Source: Deinococcales bacterium
Lineage (GTDB): Bacteria > Deinococcota > Deinococci > Deinococcales > JAAFIG01
Assembly: GCA_043778225.1 (NCBI GenBank)
Contig: JAYWGM010000086.1
Location: 10,956 to 74,955 of the forward strand
Length of the DNA: 64,000 nucleotides
Direction: 5' to 3'
Translations under genes and position numbers: made by a program
The notes under the pieces: generated by a model
What the model was told of the DNA's origin: nothing
What the model saw: only the letters and a program-made list of their open reading frames with translations
Database searches by the model: none
Shown here: one piece after another, positions 51,574 through 60,528 of the stretch
How the letters are laid out: each line of letters starts with the position of its first letter
Position numbering within the stretch: the first letter of the stretch is position 1

Positions 51574-51966
51574 GTGGATTACACAACAGAGGTGACGGGT
51601 GCTTTGTACATTGGTCTCTTTGCATTGATTGGAGCGGGAATTGTTTACATCACGCTCGAGATTGCAAAGTTAGCGTTTTTTTATGCTGGTTCGCGGCGCT
51701 TTGGTGGCAATAAAGCCAAGGACTCGGTTTATGAATGCGGTATGGAAACCATTGGCGACACCAACGTTCAGATAAATTTGAACTATTACTTGTTTGCCAT
51801 GCTTTTTGTGCTGTTCGATGTTGAGGCGGCGCTGCTTTATCCGTGGGCAGTGGCGTTTGATACGCTCGGTGTGGCTGGTTTACTGGCGGTCATTTCGTTT
51901 TTAATTATTTTGTTCCTTGGCTTTATCTATGCACTGCGTAAAGGAGCCTTAAAATGGGTTTATTAG
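51574..51966 (+). CDS. nuoA: Complex I subunit A
   Basis: YECG, FVLFDVE, LYPWA, KGALKW; GTG start after GAGGAGG. Confidence 0.92.
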   Translation: MDYTTEVTGALYIGLFALIGAGIVYITLEIAKLAFFYAGSRRFGGNKAKDSVYECGMETIGDTNVQINLNYYLFAMLFVLFDVEAALLYPWAVAFDTLGVAGLLAVISFLIILFLGFIYALRKGALKWVY

Positions 51967-52505
51967 GCACACAATCTCGCCCCGACAACGTTATTCTTGG
52001 TTCGTTGGATGATTTAATCAACCTCTCGCGCTCCCGCAGTTTGTGGCCTCTTACCTTTGGCATTGCCTGCTGTGCGATCGAAATGATGAACTCCTCGGCT
52101 ACTCGTTACGATATGGATCGCTTTGGGGTTTTTTACCGCAACACGCCGCGCCAAGCCGATGTGATGATTGTCTCGGGGACAGTCAACAAAAAAATGGGTA
52201 AGGTCGTGCGCCAACTCTGGGAGCAAATGTCCGAACCCAAATGGGTCATCAGCATGGGCGCGTGCGCCAACCAAGGTGGACCGTTTCGTCAGGGCTACAG
52301 CGTGGTCGAGGGTGTGGATAAAATTATCCCAGTGGATATTTATGTTCCCGGTTGCCCACCACGCCCCGAAGCCCTGATGCAAGCGCTTTTGTTACTGCGT
52401 GACAAAATTGCTGACCCAGCCGCCCGTTATGTGCCGGGAATGCAAATGGATGCCGATTTTGACCCTCTGGCAGAACCCGGTCACGATGGTCGGGTGTTAC
52501 TGTGA
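51954..52505 (+). CDS. nuoB: Complex I subunit B
   Basis: [25 protein letters not shown]. Confidence 0.96.
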   Translation: MGLLGTQSRPDNVILGSLDDLINLSRSRSLWPLTFGIACCAIEMMNSSATRYDMDRFGVFYRNTPRQADVMIVSGTVNKKMGKVVRQLWEQMSEPKWVISMGACANQGGPFRQGYSVVEGVDKIIPVDIYVPGCPPRPEALMQALLLLRDKIADPAARYVPGMQMDADFDPLAEPGHDGRVLL

Positions 52506-53536
52506 GCGAACCAAGCACACCACCTGTTGCTCTTGCGCCCGTCAAGGTCTGGCACATCCCCCTGCTCGAGTCCGACAAAGTAGAGACTTTAATAGCTGGC
52601 TTAAAAGCTCGAGCCGAAACAATTTTAGACACTATTCAAATCACAGTCGCGCTCGAGGATTACCGTGCCTTGTGCGAACGCCTTTTCAAAGCTGGTTTTG
52701 ATTTCCCCTCGAGCATGAGCGGCACAGATTTTGAATGGGGCTTGGGGGTTGCCTTGCAACTCCAGCAACTCGAGTCCAAACGCAAGGTCACGGTGCGGAC
52801 GTACTGCACTTACGCCCACGCCCATGTCCCAACCGTTTCTGACCTCTGGGGTGGTTTAGACTGGCACGAACGCGAAGCCTACGACCTTGTGGGGATTATT
52901 TTTGACGGTCACGAGGACAGTGTAAACGGACACCCGCGCCGAATCTTGCTCGAAGACCACTGGAGCATTCACCCGCTCCAAAAGCGCTACAACACCCGTG
53001 GCTATTTAATTCACGGCTGGACAGAAAAACCCTTCCCAACCCCAGCCCCGTGGGAAGAAGGTTTCCAGCCCTTTGCTGGCGCACCAGCCCCCGTCGCCCA
53101 CATCGCACCCCCAGCCCCCAAAGCTGTTGCTTCTGCCATTGCCCCTAACCCCATCAACGAGCGACCCAGCCCGTCAGGTGCATCTTTAGGGTCAAGAGAG
53201 GGGGTCGCCGTAGCATCCCAAGCCCGTCAGGTGCTGCTTTCAGGGCAAGAAGGCGGGGGGAGTTTGCCCGCCGAGGCTGTCGTTGCTAAAGTTGAAGCTG
53301 CTCTTGACCCTGCTCCCGTCTCGAGTTCCGAATCCGACCCACCCAAAAAAGTCGCCAAAAAATGGATTCCCAAAGGCGAATCCGCCCCTGTTATTGAAGC
53401 TGACTCGAGCCAACCCGAGCCAGTCGCCGTCTCGAGTCCCGAGCCAGTTATCGTCTCGAGTCCCGAACCGATTCTCGAGCCAGTCGCAGAAAAACCAGTC
53501 AATCCAAAAATTAAGCGTTGGGAACCAAAAAGCTAA
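52502..53536 (+). CDS. nuoC: Complex I subunit C with a long disordered C-terminal tail
   Basis: [27 protein letters not shown]. Confidence 0.9.
   Translation: MSEPSTPPVALAPVKVWHIPLLESDKVETLIAGLKARAETILDTIQITVALEDYRALCERLFKAGFDFPSSMSGTDFEWGLGVALQLQQLESKRKVTVRTYCTYAHAHVPTVSDLWGGLDWHEREAYDLVGIIFDGHEDSVNGHPRRILLEDHWSIHPLQKRYNTRGYLIHGWTEKPFPTPAPWEEGFQPFAGAPAPVAHIAPPAPKAVASAIAPNPINERPSPSGASLGSREGVAVASQARQVLLSGQEGGGSLPAEAVVAKVEAALDPAPVSSSESDPPKKVAKKWIPKGESAPVIEADSSQPEPVAVSSPEPVIVSSPEPILEPVAEKPVNPKIKRWEPKS
53146..53278. repeat. 133-bp in-frame repeat shared with nuoI; contains two 36-bp mini-elements
   Basis: 126/133 identical to 57077-57209 by hand alignment. Confidence 0.92.
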
Positions 53537-53548
53537 GGAGGGGACGAT

Positions 53549-54733
53549 ATGACCGCAGCAGTCGCAGAAAAACCAAATAACGCTCGCAATACGTCTGGTT
53601 CTGTCATGAACCCGACAACTGTCGAAAAGGTCGCGGGGCGCTCAGACGAGATGCTCCTGAACTTAGGTCCACAGCATCCAGCCACCCACGGTGTACTCAG
53701 GGTGCTGATGGGTGTGGATGGCGAGCGTGTGACTCGAGCCATTCCGCACATTGGATACTTGCATCGCAACCACGAAAAACTCGAGGAAGTTCGCACCTAC
53801 CCGATGTGCATTCCCTACACCGATCGCATGGATTATGTCTCGGGGATGCAGAACGAATTGCCTTTGTGCTTGGCAGTCGAAGAAATGCTCGGCATCGAAG
53901 TACCTGAACGCGCCAAGTACGTCCGCACAATTTTATTTGAACTGAGCCGTATCGCTTCGCACATGGTCTGGATTGGCACGTATATGCTCGATTTGGGGGC
54001 AATCACCCCGTTTTTATATGCTTTCCGTGACCGCGAAATGATTTTAGACATCATCGAAGAAACCGCAGGAGCGCGGCTTTTGCCAAATTACTTTACCTAT
54101 GGTGGTATCCGCCGCGATCATCACCCACGGATGATGCAGGATATTCTCGAGTTCCTAACCTGGTTCGAGAAAAAGCTGCCTGAGTACGAAGCCTTAACAA
54201 TAGATGCGCCAGTCTTCCAAGCCCGTACCGTTGGCGTGGGTGTCCTCGACCCACAAGTGGCATTAAACCATGGTGTAACCGGACCAAATTTGCGCGGTAG
54301 CGGTATCGGCTGGGATTTACGCAAAGACGACCCATACGATGCCTATCCGCAGATGGACTTCGAGGTCTGTGTTGAGTATGGCTGCGATGCCTACTCGAGA
54401 AGCCGCGCTCGTTACCGTGAGTTCCGCGAGAGCATTAAAATTATTCGCCAAGCCATTGCGATGTGTCCAAAAGGTGGCGCGTACTTGCCAAAACTGCCGC
54501 GCCTCAAACCTGTGGCGGGTATGGAACGTTACCGTGCGGTCGAAATCTCGAGAGGACACTTAGGGGTGCATATTGTGGCGGATGGTTCGGAAAAACCGTG
54601 GCGCTCCAAACACCGCAGCCCTAGTTTTTGCACCTTGCAAGCCTTGGCAGATATGGCTGTGGGTTCTAAATTCTCGGATGCGATTGCGATTCTGGGCAGC
54701 ATTGACATTGTACTAGGGGAGATTGACCGATGA
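53549..54733 (+). CDS. nuoD: Complex I subunit D
   Basis: NLGPQHPATHGVLR, GYLHR, DRMDY, GEIDR. Confidence 0.96.
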   Translation: MTAAVAEKPNNARNTSGSVMNPTTVEKVAGRSDEMLLNLGPQHPATHGVLRVLMGVDGERVTRAIPHIGYLHRNHEKLEEVRTYPMCIPYTDRMDYVSGMQNELPLCLAVEEMLGIEVPERAKYVRTILFELSRIASHMVWIGTYMLDLGAITPFLYAFRDREMILDIIEETAGARLLPNYFTYGGIRRDHHPRMMQDILEFLTWFEKKLPEYEALTIDAPVFQARTVGVGVLDPQVALNHGVTGPNLRGSGIGWDLRKDDPYDAYPQMDFEVCVEYGCDAYSRSRARYREFRESIKIIRQAIAMCPKGGAYLPKLPRLKPVAGMERYRAVEISRGHLGVHIVADGSEKPWRSKHRSPSFCTLQALADMAVGSKFSDAIAILGSIDIVLGEIDR

Positions 54734-56196
54734 GTTTTCTCGAGAATAAAGAAGCCCGTTTGCCGCTTGAGCGTATTTCTGCGCCGTCCGATAAGCATTA
54801 CCGAATGCGAATGAAGCATCACGGCTTGCTCAATGCCAATCCGCGTAAATCTGGTTTGTTGGCAGCCATTATTGGTTATGCGCTGCTTTTTGGGGCGGCG
54901 CATGGGGTTTTGATTCTGGCGTTTCAAGTTATTCCAGCGCTCCTAACCAGTGGCTTACCGTTTCCGTGGACTGGTTTTGGTTTAGCCAAGGATAGTTTTT
55001 GGTTTAACGTCATTTACGGCTTACTCGCGCCTGTGCTTGCCTTTTTGTTTGTGGCGGTGGTGGCGCTGATCAACATTCTGATGCTGCGTAAGTACCTCGC
55101 TAAAGTCCAGAACCGTTATGGACCGCTTCACAACGGACCTTCTGGCAGTTTACAAACAGTTTATGACGCACTCAAACTGGTCTCCAAAGAAGATTACACC
55201 CCAAAAATGGTCGAAGAAACCATCTTCACGCTTGCGCCAGTGCTGGTTTTTGTTTCTGCTTTCTTATTAATGGCGGTTATTCCATTTGCGCCTGGATGGG
55301 TTTTTGCCAATGTCGAAGCGGGCGCAATTTTTATTATTGCGGCTGGCACAATCGGCGGCTATGGTGTCTTGCTGGCGGGTTGGAGCATGAACAACAAGTA
55401 CGGCTTAATGGGTGGCTTACGTGCCGCCGCCCAACTTGTTTCTTACGAAGTGCCGCTTTCGATTAGCTTACTTTCGGTCTGTGTTTACGCTGGTAGCATG
55501 AACCTTTCTAAAATTGTTGAAGCACAACAAGCCCTGTGGTTTGCGATTCCGCTTTTTATTCCCTTCGTTATTTACTTAATTGCGGGTTTAGCCGAACTTA
55601 AAATGACTCCGTTTGACCTCCCAGAAGCCGAATCCGAACTGGTGGCTGGTTTTAACACCGAGTACGGCGGAATGCGTTTTGGATTTTTCTTTGTTGCCGA
55701 ATTTGCCGAGTTGTATTTACTTCCCGCACTTATGGCGGTTTTCTTTCTGGGTGGCTGGTTTCCACCAAGCATTCCAACCTTTAACATTCCGTTTCTATCC
55801 GAATGGTCGGGTGGCTCGAGTACCTTACAACTGATGCTCAAAGCCAACATCGCCGAGGGTGAAACCATGACTTGGTGGAATACCCTCTTTCAGCCGGGCG
55901 GCTTGCTGGTTGGCGCACAATACAGCTTTTGGTTTTTACTTAAAGGCGCGGCTGGTGTCTATTTCTATATGTGGATTCGGGCGACCCTGCCGCGCTTCCG
56001 CGATGACCAACTGATGGAACTGTGCTGGAAAGGCTTAATTCCACTGTCCTTAATCGGTTTGGTCTTGGCGGCGGTCTCGAGACTGCTGCCCGCTGTTGGC
56101 ATCACAATTTCGATTCTGGTCGGTGGCGCATTTATTATTTTGATTCTGCGCGGTGCGTTCTTTCCAGCTTCCTCGAGTAAACAGGTGAAAGCATGA
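54730..56196 (+). CDS. nuoH: Complex I subunit H, with extensions
   Basis: QNRYGP, NNKY, SYEVP, PFDLPEAESELVAG, RATLPRFR. Confidence 0.93.
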   Translation: MSFLENKEARLPLERISAPSDKHYRMRMKHHGLLNANPRKSGLLAAIIGYALLFGAAHGVLILAFQVIPALLTSGLPFPWTGFGLAKDSFWFNVIYGLLAPVLAFLFVAVVALINILMLRKYLAKVQNRYGPLHNGPSGSLQTVYDALKLVSKEDYTPKMVEETIFTLAPVLVFVSAFLLMAVIPFAPGWVFANVEAGAIFIIAAGTIGGYGVLLAGWSMNNKYGLMGGLRAAAQLVSYEVPLSISLLSVCVYAGSMNLSKIVEAQQALWFAIPLFIPFVIYLIAGLAELKMTPFDLPEAESELVAGFNTEYGGMRFGFFFVAEFAELYLLPALMAVFFLGGWFPPSIPTFNIPFLSEWSGGSSTLQLMLKANIAEGETMTWWNTLFQPGGLLVGAQYSFWFLLKGAAGVYFYMWIRATLPRFRDDQLMELCWKGLIPLSLIGLVLAAVSRLLPAVGITISILVGGAFIILILRGAFFPASSSKQVKA

Positions 56197-57332
56197 GCCT
56201 CTTAAAAGATATTTGGAGCGCTGTGTCCGGCATTGGCAAGGGCATGGAAAAAACCTACGAAGAACAATTCGATCCAATTTTTACCGAAATGTACCCGTTT
56301 GAAATGCCAAAACTGCCACCAACCAGTGTTCAGAGTTTGGCACTGATTAAAAACGAGGATGGCTCGGACAGGTGTGTTTCATGCCTCGCGTGCGAAAAAG
56401 TCTGCCCCAGCCAAGTGATTACCATCGAGCGCAAGAAAAACCCAGCCGGTAAAGGCTTTGTCCTCGAGCGCTTTGACATTGATTTGGTTAATTGTATGTA
56501 CTGCGCCGCCTGTGTTGAGTCCTGCCCAGCCAGTGCAATCGTCACGATTCAGGACTTTGAAATGAGTACCCCGAACCTACAAACCTTAAAAGCCGACAAA
56601 GACTTTTTAGATTTCCAAGGCATTCGCGCCCAACAGTGGTACAGCCCAAAAATTGGGGTTGAATACCGCGAGAACGTCAGCAACGACAATATCCACGGTG
56701 CAATTGTCAAAGCGCCTTTAATGGATCAACCCGGTGGTGCAGCCGAACTTGAGAAACTTCGTGCGGCTGGCACAGAAATTCCAGTCAACAATGCCCGTCG
56801 TCCAGCCAATGCGATGTCGGAATTATCGGCTTTGGTCTACAAAGAACTCAAGTCCGAACCCATCAGCGCCCCAGCCAAAAAACTCGAGAATACCGTACCT
56901 GTTGCGGTCAACATCCCTGTAACCATTCCCGCCCCTGTTGCTGTTGCCGTCGAAACTGTCTCGAGCGCCGTGCCATCTGCCCCAAAATCCAAGAAAATCA
57001 AACGCTGGGGAGAACCTGCTACCGACGACTCGAGCCAACCCGAAGCCGCTTCTGCTATTGCCGTCGCGCCCGTAATTAACCCCATCAACGAGCGACCCAG
57101 CCCGTCAGGTGCATCTTTAGGGTCAAGAGAGGGGGTCGGCGAAGCGCCCCAAGCCCATCAGGTGCTGCTTTCAGGGCAAGAAGCCGGGGGGAGTTCGCCC
57201 GCCGAGGCTACCCTCGAAAAAGCCCAAGCCGCTCCAGTCTCGAGCCTTGAGCCTGTTGCCCAAGTCATCTCGAGTCCAGAACCCGAAAAACCAGTCAATC
57301 CCAAAATCAAACGTTGGGAGCCAAAATCATGA
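56193..57332 (+). CDS. nuoI: Complex I subunit I with a long disordered C-terminal tail
   Basis: Two CxxCxxCxxxCP motifs. Confidence 0.92.
   Translation: MSLLKDIWSAVSGIGKGMEKTYEEQFDPIFTEMYPFEMPKLPPTSVQSLALIKNEDGSDRCVSCLACEKVCPSQVITIERKKNPAGKGFVLERFDIDLVNCMYCAACVESCPASAIVTIQDFEMSTPNLQTLKADKDFLDFQGIRAQQWYSPKIGVEYRENVSNDNIHGAIVKAPLMDQPGGAAELEKLRAAGTEIPVNNARRPANAMSELSALVYKELKSEPISAPAKKLENTVPVAVNIPVTIPAPVAVAVETVSSAVPSAPKSKKIKRWGEPATDDSSQPEAASAIAVAPVINPINERPSPSGASLGSREGVGEAPQAHQVLLSGQEAGGSSPAEATLEKAQAAPVSSLEPVAQVISSPEPEKPVNPKIKRWEPKS
57077..57209. repeat. 133-bp in-frame repeat shared with nuoC
   Basis: See 53146-53278. Confidence 0.92.
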
Positions 57333-57949
57333 CCGAAGTCAACACTGTTTTCTTCTATCTGGTAGCACTAGGCATTCTGTCTACTGCAATCTACGCCGTC
57401 GCTTCGCCTAAACTCTTAAACTCGGCGGTGTCGCTTGCCTTTTCATTTTTTGCGATTGGTGGGCTTTTTGCGATGTTGGGCAACACATATTTATTTATCT
57501 TACAATTCCTGATTAACGCTGGTGCAATTCCAATCGTGACCGTCTTTATCATCATGATGACCCAATCGCGGCGAATTCGCTTGCGGTCTAATCTCAATGC
57601 GGCGGCAGCACTTCTGGCAATTGTGGTGCTGGCGGGTAGTTTGTGGTCGTTTTGGAACAGATACCAAGGTTCGGCAGTGACACAAGGTAAACAAATTACA
57701 CCGACACCGACACCTGAGTTGGGCGTAAAGCTCCTGAGTGCCGATGGTACGCTGTTGGCGTTTGAACTTGCCAGTGTTTTGCTACTTCTTGCGATGATTG
57801 GTGCAATTGTCTTAACCAAACGCGACGGTGAAACCATCAAAGGCGATGTTGGTGTATTATCCGATGTTGGTTCGTCAGTTACGAGTGGCGAGTTGGCGCG
57901 TCCAGCCGCAACCATCGAAGCTGCCTCGAGACAAGAAGGGGTGGCTTAA
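57329..57949 (+). CDS. nuoJ: Complex I subunit J
   Basis: Q-x3-NAGAI, FIIMM, FELASVLLLLAMIGA; ATGA overlap with nuoI. Confidence 0.9.
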   Translation: MTEVNTVFFYLVALGILSTAIYAVASPKLLNSAVSLAFSFFAIGGLFAMLGNTYLFILQFLINAGAIPIVTVFIIMMTQSRRIRLRSNLNAAAALLAIVVLAGSLWSFWNRYQGSAVTQGKQITPTPTPELGVKLLSADGTLLAFELASVLLLLAMIGAIVLTKRDGETIKGDVGVLSDVGSSVTSGELARPAATIEAASRQEGVA

Positions 57950-58299
57950 TGGAGTCTATTCTTGCGCCAATTCGGGCGTTTGCCAATTCTGGGATTACGG
58001 TTAATCATTTTATTGCCCTAGCCATGTTGCTGTTTTTGGTTGGGCTGTACGGTGTTTTAACCCGCCGCAACATTCTGGCAATTTTAATGAGCGTCGAAAT
58101 CATGCTCAACGCCGCGATGCTGGTTTTTGTGAGTGTGGCTGCCTACAGTGGCGATGCCACCAAAACCGGACCGTTGTTTGCTTTGTTTATCGTTGCCATT
58201 GCCGCCGCCGAGGTGGCTGTGGGTCTCGCCATTTTTATCAATGTCTTTAGAAGTAAGGGTGGCGTAACCACCGAAGACTTGATGGAAATGAAGAACTAA
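57949..58299 (+). CDS. nuoK: Complex I subunit K
   Basis: RRN, MSVEIMLNA, AAAEVAVGLA. Confidence 0.93.
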   Translation: MESILAPIRAFANSGITVNHFIALAMLLFLVGLYGVLTRRNILAILMSVEIMLNAAMLVFVSVAAYSGDATKTGPLFALFIVAIAAAEVAVGLAIFINVFRSKGGVTTEDLMEMKN

Positions 58300-58311
58300 A
58301 GGAGGGGATAA

Positions 58312-60528
58312 ATGTTTATTGATTACGCTTTGTTAATTCCCCTGCTTCCCGCGTTCGGTTGGCTGATGATTTCGTTGTTCAGCAAATCGCTGGGCGGCAA
58401 GGGCAGCGCGTGGTTAGCAACCACGATGATTGGTCTGAGTGCCGTGATTGCGATTGGTTTATTTGCCGATACGTTCTCGAACGCACCGATTTGGAAAGCC
58501 GATGTGCTGGGTAAAATCTATAAACTCGAGAAGGAAATTAAGGTTCTCGAGAAAGCCGAGAAAGCCGAAAAGGCTGTAGGCGAAGCACCCAAAGTCGAAA
58601 CCCCAATGCTGGATGGCACAACCCCTAAAGCTGAGGGCGAACATAGTGCCAGTCCAGAACTCTTGGCACTCGAGGAAAAACTCGAGGAGTACAAGTCCGA
58701 AGCCCTCGAGTCTCGAGCGGCGGGTGGTTTTCCGTTTACTCGAGAATGGACGTGGTTAGCGATTAAGGGCGAAGCTGGCTTGCCGTTTGGTTTATTTGTA
58801 GACCAGTTGGCGGCAATCATGCTCTTGATGGTGACGATTGTTTGCTTTTTGATTCACTTATTTAGTATTGGTTATATGGCACACGAAGAACGTTATCCAA
58901 CGTTTTTTAGCTACATCAACCTGTTTGCGGCTGCCATGCTGGCGATGGTTTTGGCAAAAAACCTATTTCATGTATTGCTTTTTTGGGAAATCATGGGTCT
59001 GATGTCGTACTTGCTGATTGGCTTTTTTTATAAGAAAAAAAGCGCCCAGCAAGCTCAGAAAAAGGCTTTTTTAACGGTGCGGATTGGCGACCTTGCGTTT
59101 ATGGCTGGGTTGTTCTGGTTGTACAGTGCTTTTGGTACGCTCGATATTCCAACCCTTTTGGCGACACCACACAGCGAACTCGAGACTAAGTTGGGTGGGG
59201 CGGCGTTTGGCATTGGCTTACTGCTGTTTATTGCGGCTGTTGGTAAATCAGCCCAATTTCCGCTTCACGTCTGGTTGCCCGACGCGATGGAAGGACCAAC
59301 CCCTGTTTCTGCCATGATTCACGCTGCAACCATGGTTGCAGCAGGTGTTTACTTGGTGGCTCGAGTCTTCCCGATTATGGATGTTGGCGGTGTGCTGCCA
59401 ATTATTGCCTGGCTCGGTGGCTTTACAGCCCTTTTTGCTGCCAGTCTTGCTCCTGCCCAAGCCGATGCCAAAAAGATTATGGCGTTCAGTACCTTGTCGC
59501 AGTTGGGCTTAATGTTTATGGGCTTGGGGTTGTTTGGCTACGCGGCGGCGTTGTTCCATTTACTGACCCACGCATTCTTTAAGGCGCTCTTGTTTTTAGG
59601 TTCGGGCAGCATGATTCATGGGGCTGGGACACAGGATATTTTTGAAATGGATAATTTGTCTAAGTACCAAAAATGGACTTGGGCGACCGTAGCAATTGGT
59701 TCATTAAGCCTGATAGGTTTCCCGTTGACGGCTGGTTTTTGGTCAAAAGACGAAATTCTGCACGTTGCCCAGAGTGCCAATCCAGCCTTATTTATTGTTG
59801 GCTGTTTGGTTTCGGTGTTGACTGCCTTTTACACCACCCGAATGTTTATTATTGCTTTTCATAAGCCTAAGCAAATTTCGCCGTGGGGTCTGGTAGCTTG
59901 GAACAACGAGGGCGAGCCAAGCCTGAACATGACCCAAGCCGAAGTCGAAGAACAAAAGAAACACGACCACGCTCATGAAATTGGCGACCATCCGCACGAA
60001 TCGGGTCCTGAAATGATTATTCCGCTTGTGTCCTTAGCCACCCTAGCCACAATCATGGGTTTTGTTGGGTCTCCATTTGCTAATTTCTGGCTACAGCGTT
60101 TTGTCTATGTTGGCGCAGTACCAGAAGTCGCGCCGCTCGAGTCACTCTGGGTTGGCTTTGTCATCAGTGCGATTCTGGTAGTTGTGGGTGCTGGGGCTTC
60201 GATTGCTTTGTACTGGAATAGCGATGTCACCAAAGCTCGAGCGCCCGAATGGTTGACTCGAGTTTTACAGCGCCGTTACTACATCGATGATTATTTCTAC
60301 GCAGGTCCTGCTAAGGTTGGCAACGATATTCAATGGTTGTTTGCTTGGCTTGACAAGAACGTGGTGGACAGAATCGTTGACTTTATCGGTGGGCTGGTGG
60401 TCGTGATTGGCGATGCCACGCGCCGTATTCAAACAGGTGCATTGGGCTGGTACGCTGGTCTGACCGTGATTGGTGGTTTGGCATTGATTCTTGCCTTTGC
60501 TGTCGCCTTTGCTGGAGGTGGCAAATGA
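58312..60528 (+). CDS. nuoL: Complex I subunit L
   Basis: WEIMG, GKSAQFPLHVWLPDAMEGPTPVSA, THAFFKALLF. Confidence 0.95.
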   Translation: MFIDYALLIPLLPAFGWLMISLFSKSLGGKGSAWLATTMIGLSAVIAIGLFADTFSNAPIWKADVLGKIYKLEKEIKVLEKAEKAEKAVGEAPKVETPMLDGTTPKAEGEHSASPELLALEEKLEEYKSEALESRAAGGFPFTREWTWLAIKGEAGLPFGLFVDQLAAIMLLMVTIVCFLIHLFSIGYMAHEERYPTFFSYINLFAAAMLAMVLAKNLFHVLLFWEIMGLMSYLLIGFFYKKKSAQQAQKKAFLTVRIGDLAFMAGLFWLYSAFGTLDIPTLLATPHSELETKLGGAAFGIGLLLFIAAVGKSAQFPLHVWLPDAMEGPTPVSAMIHAATMVAAGVYLVARVFPIMDVGGVLPIIAWLGGFTALFAASLAPAQADAKKIMAFSTLSQLGLMFMGLGLFGYAAALFHLLTHAFFKALLFLGSGSMIHGAGTQDIFEMDNLSKYQKWTWATVAIGSLSLIGFPLTAGFWSKDEILHVAQSANPALFIVGCLVSVLTAFYTTRMFIIAFHKPKQISPWGLVAWNNEGEPSLNMTQAEVEEQKKHDHAHEIGDHPHESGPEMIIPLVSLATLATIMGFVGSPFANFWLQRFVYVGAVPEVAPLESLWVGFVISAILVVVGAGASIALYWNSDVTKARAPEWLTRVLQRRYYIDDYFYAGPAKVGNDIQWLFAWLDKNVVDRIVDFIGGLVVVIGDATRRIQTGALGWYAGLTVIGGLALILAFAVAFAGGGK

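Noticed and set aside
53405..53485. 21-bp SSPEP tandem repeats in nuoC as a separate element
   Set aside because: Simple slippage expansion of a disordered linker, although each unit carries CTCGAG
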